DNA from: an uncultured Anaerolineales bacterium
GTDB lineage: Bacteria > Chloroflexota > Anaerolineae > Anaerolineales > UBA11858
Assembly (NCBI GenBank): GCA_964653835.1
Contig: CAZZFZ010000001.1
Coordinates: 19,746-75,687, forward strand
Length of the DNA: 55,942 nucleotides
Reading direction: 5' to 3'
Shown here: positions 51,823-55,942 of the stretch, piece by piece
Numbering within the stretch: the first letter of the stretch is position 1
Layout of the letters: each line of letters opens with the position of its first letter
Program-made: the position numbers and the translations under genes
The notes under the pieces: model-generated
What the model saw: the letters and a program-made list of their open reading frames with translations, nothing else
Database searches by the model: none
What the model was told of the DNA's origin: nothing

Positions 51823-53015
51823 GCGTCACTCGGAGTGTCTGAGGTTTTGGGAAGCGTAAGGATCGCCGGGATGCTCAGCAGGGCGATCGCTGCGCTGCCG
51901 TAGAAGGTCGCTCGCAGCCCCCAGGCGTCGCCAGCCGCGCCGATGAGGGGCAGCGCCAGGGCGCTCACCAGGAAGCTCATCGAGAGGAAAAGCCCGTTGC
52001 CCATCGCCCGGTTATCCGGCACGTGATCCTGCACCAGGGCGAGGAAAACCGGCTGGGTGGCGATGCTGAAAAAGCCCAGCAGCAGGAGCAGGGGAATCTG
52101 CAGCCAGCCTTCCACCTGGAGGAAAACCACGGTCAGGGTTGAAGCGCCCAGCATGGCGATAATCAGTGTGGCGCGGCGGCCGATGTGGTCGCTGATCGTG
52201 CCGCTGAGCAACGCGCCCAGGATGCCTGCCAGTTCGAGGATGGCGAGCGAAGCCCCGGCGAACGCCAGCGAAGCGCCCTCGGAGGTCAGGAACGTGGGCA
52301 GGTAGGTGGTCAGGCTGGCGTTGAGGAAGGAGCGCGGCAGGATGATGAACAGGAGCGGAAGGAAGACGGTTGTCAGTTTGGGGAGCAGGCTGCGGACGCT
52401 GGCGGGGCGCGGCGGCGTGCTTTTTACCGCGGCGCGCCGGAAGCGCCACAGCATAATCAGCGAGGCCCCCCAGCCAATGAACAGCAGGCGATACAGCCCC
52501 TCCAGCCCCCACAGGCCGACGGCGGTCACGGCTACAATCGGCCCCAAGGTCCGCCCCAGTTCGCCGCCGGCCATGAACAGGCTCATGCCCAGCCCGACGC
52601 GCTTGCCTGCGCTGGAGGCGACCATCGCCGGCGCGGGCGCGTGGAAGAGCGCAGTGCTGATGCCCACCAGGAACAGCACGGCCGCCAGCGCGGGGTAGTT
52701 CGGTGCCAGGCCCATGAGCAGAATCAGCGAGGCGGAAACCGCGGGGGCGAAGATGACGAAGAATCGCAGGCTGATTTTGTCGGCCAGGTAGCCGATGAAC
52801 GGGTTGAGGATAGCCGGCAGGCGCATGAAGGAGACCAGCGAACCGGCCATGGTCAGCGAAATGGAGAGCTGCTGGATGATGATGGGCAGCAGGGGCGCCA
52901 CGAAGGCGGTGTGCGTATCGTGTACGAAGTGGCCGAAGACGATGGTAAGGATCTTATCCGTCTGAAACGCCTGTTCGCGTTCGCGCCCTGATGTGTTGGT
53001 GTTTTTTGAGGTCAT
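51819..53015 (-). CDS. MFS transporter
   Basis: 398 aa with about 12 TM segments. 'G.L.D..GRR' -like loop 'GTISDHIGRR'. Confidence 0.85.
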   Translation of the reverse strand: MTSKNTNTSGREREQAFQTDKILTIVFGHFVHDTHTAFVAPLLPIIIQQLSISLTMAGSLVSFMRLPAILNPFIGYLADKISLRFFVIFAPAVSASLILLMGLAPNYPALAAVLFLVGISTALFHAPAPAMVASSAGKRVGLGMSLFMAGGELGRTLGPIVAVTAVGLWGLEGLYRLLFIGWGASLIMLWRFRRAAVKSTPPRPASVRSLLPKLTTVFLPLLFIILPRSFLNASLTTYLPTFLTSEGASLAFAGASLAILELAGILGALLSGTISDHIGRRATLIIAMLGASTLTVVFLQVEGWLQIPLLLLLGFFSIATQPVFLALVQDHVPDNRAMGNGLFLSMSFLVSALALPLIGAAGDAWGLRATFYGSAAIALLSIPAILTLPKTSDTPSDA

Positions 53016-53073
53016 TTACCCTCCAGAAGTTAAAGCGGGGGCGATGCCCCGCTTACGGATTTGAGACAAGGAA

Positions 53074-53102
53074 CAGCCCTGCGAGCGAATATCGCAGGGC
53101 TG
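53074..53102 (-). terminator. Terminator hairpin after the upstream MFS gene
   Basis: CAGCCCTGCGA, 7-nt loop, TCGCAGGGCTG (a perfect 11 bp). It is T-rich downstream on the minus strand. A second hairpin lies at 53033-53054. Confidence 0.55.
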
Positions 53103-53127
53103 AGGTGGAAGCTTTGTTGAATGCTTC

Positions 53128-54423
53128 TCATGCAGCCTGTTCGGCGCGCTGGCGCATCTGCTGCCGCAGGGTTTCGATGTCGCCTTCGATGAAGAACAGC
53201 GCGCCGAGGTAGAAGAAGAAGCACAGCAGCCAGGCGGTCACGCTGATGGAGAGGATGGAGGTCTCCAGGCTGGTGGCGTCGGCGATGATTCCTGCCAGCA
53301 GCGGCGCGAAGGCCGCCCCAAAGTTCTCGATGAAGTACTCGACGGCCTGGGCGGTGCTGCGCACCTCGGGAACAGTGATATCGTAAACCGTGGAGATCAC
53401 ATTGGGGGAGGAGAGTGGCATGAAGATGGCAGTCAACAGCATGAAAATCAGGAAAGTCGTCCTTTCAGCGACCGGCGTCTTAATCGCCAGGAAGAGGAAG
53501 ATCGCCCCCATGAGCACGCCCAGGCTGGAGACCAGGATGCGCCCTTTGCGGGTGTGCTTGAAGGCCGCGTCGCCCACCCAGCCGCCGACGAAGTAGCCGA
53601 AGGCCAGCACCAGGATGACTGGCGCCATGGTGAACAGGATGGCGTCTCCATCATAGCCGCGCTCTTTCTCCAGATAGTCGAAGAAAAAGTAGGTGATCAC
53701 GTTCCAGGGGAAGACGCCGGCAAAACCCTGCAGGAAGACGAACCACATCGTCCGTTTTTTGAAGACCTCGCGCGCCTCTCCCCAGGAGAAGCGGAACTGG
53801 GGCATCTCTTCGAGGCCGGCTTCGGCGAACTCCGGCTCGGCTTTGCCGCGGGGCATCTCTTTGACGAAGAAGAAGATCAGGATCGCCAGCAAAATCCCCA
53901 GCCCGCCGGTGATGTAGAAGATGTTGCGCCAGCCCAGGCCAGGGGCGACCATCAGGGCCAGCACCATGCCGAGCAGGTAGCCGAGCGGCTGCGCCAGTTG
54001 CAGCAGGCCGTAGACCTTGCCGCGCAGCGTCGGACCGAAGTAGTCGGCGATCAGGGTGTACAGGCCGGGATAGGATGAGTCGTCAATCCCGGTGGAAGCG
54101 CGCGTGGCGACGAAGGCGGGGTAGGTGGGGGCGATGGCGCTTAGCCAGGTGGTCGCTCCCCAGATGAAGGAGGCCAGCGCCAGCAGTTTGGCGCGGGCGT
54201 AGCGGTCGTAGAGGTAGCCCCAGATCGGGTATAGAACCGTGCCGACGATCAGCGCACCGGTGATCACCAGGCCAAACTGGGTGTTGGTGATGCCGAAATC
54301 AGCGCTGATAGGGGATTTCAGTGGTCCGATGAGCAGCTTATCCGTCTGGTGCAGGAGCATGAAGAAGAAGAAAATCAGGACGACCGGCCAGCGGCGGGGG
54401 GAAGCGTTTTTGGGTTTCATCAT
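53128..54423 (-). CDS. MFS transporter (Spinster-like)
   Basis: 431 aa with 12 TM segments. 'G.L.DR..R' loop 'GYLYDRYARAK'. Confidence 0.88.
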   Translation of the reverse strand: MMKPKNASPRRWPVVLIFFFFMLLHQTDKLLIGPLKSPISADFGITNTQFGLVITGALIVGTVLYPIWGYLYDRYARAKLLALASFIWGATTWLSAIAPTYPAFVATRASTGIDDSSYPGLYTLIADYFGPTLRGKVYGLLQLAQPLGYLLGMVLALMVAPGLGWRNIFYITGGLGILLAILIFFFVKEMPRGKAEPEFAEAGLEEMPQFRFSWGEAREVFKKRTMWFVFLQGFAGVFPWNVITYFFFDYLEKERGYDGDAILFTMAPVILVLAFGYFVGGWVGDAAFKHTRKGRILVSSLGVLMGAIFLFLAIKTPVAERTTFLIFMLLTAIFMPLSSPNVISTVYDITVPEVRSTAQAVEYFIENFGAAFAPLLAGIIADATSLETSILSISVTAWLLCFFFYLGALFFIEGDIETLRQQMRQRAEQAA

Positions 54424-54442
54424 GCCTCCGAAGAAAGAATAA

Positions 54443-54615
54443 ATCAGCGCCCTTCGATACGCACTTCGCCAGCGCTCCGTGCTACTCAGGGCGCTGATCT
54501 TTTTATTGAAAAAAACGCAACCTGAGTAACGCCATTTAGGCTGAGTAGCGAAGTGTACCGAAGCCTAAGGCGCGTATCGAAGGGGCGTTACTAAGGGATC
54601 GCTTGTCCCAAATTC
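54443..54615. repeat. MITE/REP-like repeat, copy 2 (left end missing or diverged)
   Basis: Shares with copy 1 the identical 30-mer CGCCCTTCGATACGCACTTCGCCAGCGCTC. It also shares GTGCTACTCAGG, CGCTGATCT, GCTGAGTAGC..GTACCGAAGCC.AAGGCGCGTATCGAAGGG and a diverged right terminal repeat CTTGTCCCAAATTC (54602-54615). Confidence 0.65.
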
Positions 54616-54618
54616 GCG

Positions 54619-55725
54619 CTATTTTAACACATTGTGCGCACGCCGATATTGCTCTCGAAGTTCGTCAATGGGGTGAAGTTCGCCGTCAGTGGCTTCAAAG
54701 TGCCAGTGTTGCCAGCCGTTGCAGGGGCTTCCGTTCAGTAGGTGTTTGCCGCATTGATGGATAGAGCCTTCAAAGCCGTCTTGTAAGCGCAGATTTCCAT
54801 CTGGCTTGATGTGGGCGAAGGCTGCTTTGTCGCCGCGGAAATAAACTTTTTGTCCTGGTTGCAGGTAGCCCGAGGCGAGTAGCTCGCTGAAAGCCACCCT
54901 GGGTGACAGCCGCTTGCGATCGCGCACATCCAATACCTCGCTGCTGGCTGGCTCTGGCGTGATGGCGTCAATGCGGGCCTGCGCGATCTCAATGTACGTT
55001 TTCTCTCGCTCAATGCCGATCCAGCGGCGGTGTAGTTTCTTCGCCACCGCGCCGGTGGTGCCGCTGCCGAAAAACGGATCCAGCACAACGTCTCCGGGGT
55101 TGCTGGCGGCCAGGATGACGCGGTAGAGCAGCGCTTCCGGTTTTTGGGTGGAGTGGGCTTTTTTGCCGTTGATTCTGATGCGCTCTTTGCCGGAGCAAAT
55201 CGGCAGCACCCAATCGCTGCGCATCTGCTTTCCCCCATTGAGCGCTTTCATGGCGTGGTGGTTGAAGGTGTATTTTGCGCCTTTGAATTTGCTCGCCCAC
55301 AGCAACGTCTCATGGGCGTTGGTAAAGCGCACCCCGCGGAAGTTGGGCATCGGGTTGGTTTTGATCCAGACCACGTCGTTGAGGAACCAGTACTCCAGAT
55401 CCTGCATGATGGCGCCGATGCGGTATATGTTGTGGTAGGAGCCGATCACCCAGATCGTGCCGGTATCTTTCAGCACCCGGCGGCAGGCCTGCAGCCATTG
55501 GCGGCTGAACTCGTCGTAGGCTTGCAAGTCGTCGAACTTGTCCCAATGGTCGTCCACGCCGTCCACGCGGGTCATGTTGGGCCGCCAGAGCTCCTGTTGC
55601 AACTGGAGGTTGTAGGGCGGGTCGGCGAAGATCAGGTCAACCGATTTTTCCGGCAGTGCGTTGAGTATTTCAACGCAGTCGCCGTGCAAAATCCGGTCGA
55701 GGAAGGGTTCGTCAGGAGGGGGCAT
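54619..55725 (-). CDS. ccrM: CcrM-type beta-class N6-adenine DNA methyltransferase with C-terminal DNA-binding extension
   Basis: 'LPEKSVDLIFADPPYNLQL', 'VDDHWDKF', 'RVLKDTGTIWVIGSYHNI', 'NDVVWIKTNPMPNFRG.RF.NAHETL.WA', 'KAHSTQKPEALLYRVILA', 'DPFFGSGTTG' and C-terminal 'GSIHQ.G......CNGW.HWHF' track Caulobacter CcrM almost motif for motif. Start at ATG 55725, or 55773 per the track. Confidence 0.9.
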   Translation of the reverse strand: MPPPDEPFLDRILHGDCVEILNALPEKSVDLIFADPPYNLQLQQELWRPNMTRVDGVDDHWDKFDDLQAYDEFSRQWLQACRRVLKDTGTIWVIGSYHNIYRIGAIMQDLEYWFLNDVVWIKTNPMPNFRGVRFTNAHETLLWASKFKGAKYTFNHHAMKALNGGKQMRSDWVLPICSGKERIRINGKKAHSTQKPEALLYRVILAASNPGDVVLDPFFGSGTTGAVAKKLHRRWIGIEREKTYIEIAQARIDAITPEPASSEVLDVRDRKRLSPRVAFSELLASGYLQPGQKVYFRGDKAAFAHIKPDGNLRLQDGFEGSIHQCGKHLLNGSPCNGWQHWHFEATDGELHPIDELREQYRRAHNVLK

Positions 55726-55821
55726 AACGATTGGAAGGATACAAGGGGGTCTTGCTTCTTCTGTCCCTTGCATCTGTGTTTATCTGTGGTGAATTTCCTT
55801 GTCTTTTCCGCGCTGGAGTGT

Positions 55822-55830
55822 ATTGTAGCA
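55822..55830 (-). promoter_or_regulatory. Extended -10 (TGcTACAAT) candidate promoter for the methyltransferase gene
   Basis: The minus strand reads TGCTACAAT. No convincing -35 is present. Confidence 0.3.
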
Positions 55831-55843
55831 TAGCCCGAGACGT

Positions 55844-55942
55844 TTACTCTTTGATGAGGTTGTACACCTGCTCCATCTCGTGGCGGAACTGAGATGTGTA
55901 CAGCCGGTAGTAGTGGCCGCGCTGGCGTAGCAATTCGGCGTG
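55844..55942 (-). CDS. ABC exporter (MsbA/multidrug type) C-terminal tail; the rest lies outside the window
   Basis: The minus-strand translation 'HAELLRQRGHYYRLYTSQFRHEMEQVYNLIKE*' has the 'G.Y..LY..QF' ending typical of ABC exporter ATPase domains. The ORF is open to the right edge. Confidence 0.55.
   Translation of the reverse strand, partial: HAELLRQRGHYYRLYTSQFRHEMEQVYNLIKE

Overview
GC-rich, gene-dense bacterial chromosomal window with about 50 supportable genes. I recognised no rRNA, tRNA, CRISPR array, transposase or integrase. All family calls come from reading motifs by eye. No search, HMM or fold prediction was run, so functions are hypotheses and coordinates are best guesses from the ORF track plus SD/start-codon inspection.

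Left part: a glycosyltransferase tail and a PHP phosphoesterase. Next comes an unusual two-gene module (1077-6881). Its first gene is a ~1480-aa membrane protein with roughly 20 LVIVD-like beta-propeller blades fused to an SPFH/band-7-like domain. Its second gene is a paralogous SPFH-like membrane protein. After these come a small strongly SD-preceded ORF, psuG, and a Pro/Thr-rich membrane protein.

Core (about 9.4-46.4 kb): a ~37-kb, almost entirely co-directional catabolic supercluster. It contains:
- an FAH-family hydrolase;
- an FdrA / DUF1116 / DUF2877 trio (E. coli FdrA-YlbE-YlbF-like) interleaved with a family III CoA-transferase and a C-N hydrolase;
- three cyclase (kynurenine-formamidase-like) domains and an NmrA-like reductase;
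- a three-subunit CoxSML-type and a fused Mop-type molybdenum hydroxylase, with CoxG and XdhC accessories;
- a UraA-like NCS2 permease and two BMP-type (nucleoside/nucleobase) ABC importers;
- two unrelated deaminase folds;
- a complete Na+-translocating biotin-dependent acyl-CoA decarboxylase.

My main hypothesis is that this is an uncharacterised, energy-conserving N-heterocycle degradation route. The most likely substrates are pyrimidines: cytosine/uracil/thymine via barbiturate and ureidomalonate to (methyl)malonyl-CoA.

Right part: an AMP-forming acyl-CoA synthetase, a PQQ-like propeller lipoprotein, an aldo/keto reductase, one MATE-like and two MFS transporters, an orphan CcrM-type adenine methyltransferase, and the tail of an ABC exporter.

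A nested-hairpin MITE/REP-like repeat occurs twice: a ~200-bp full copy at 8.1 kb and a ~175-bp left-truncated copy at 54.5 kb. Several sigma-A-like promoters, structured leaders and intrinsic terminators are visible.
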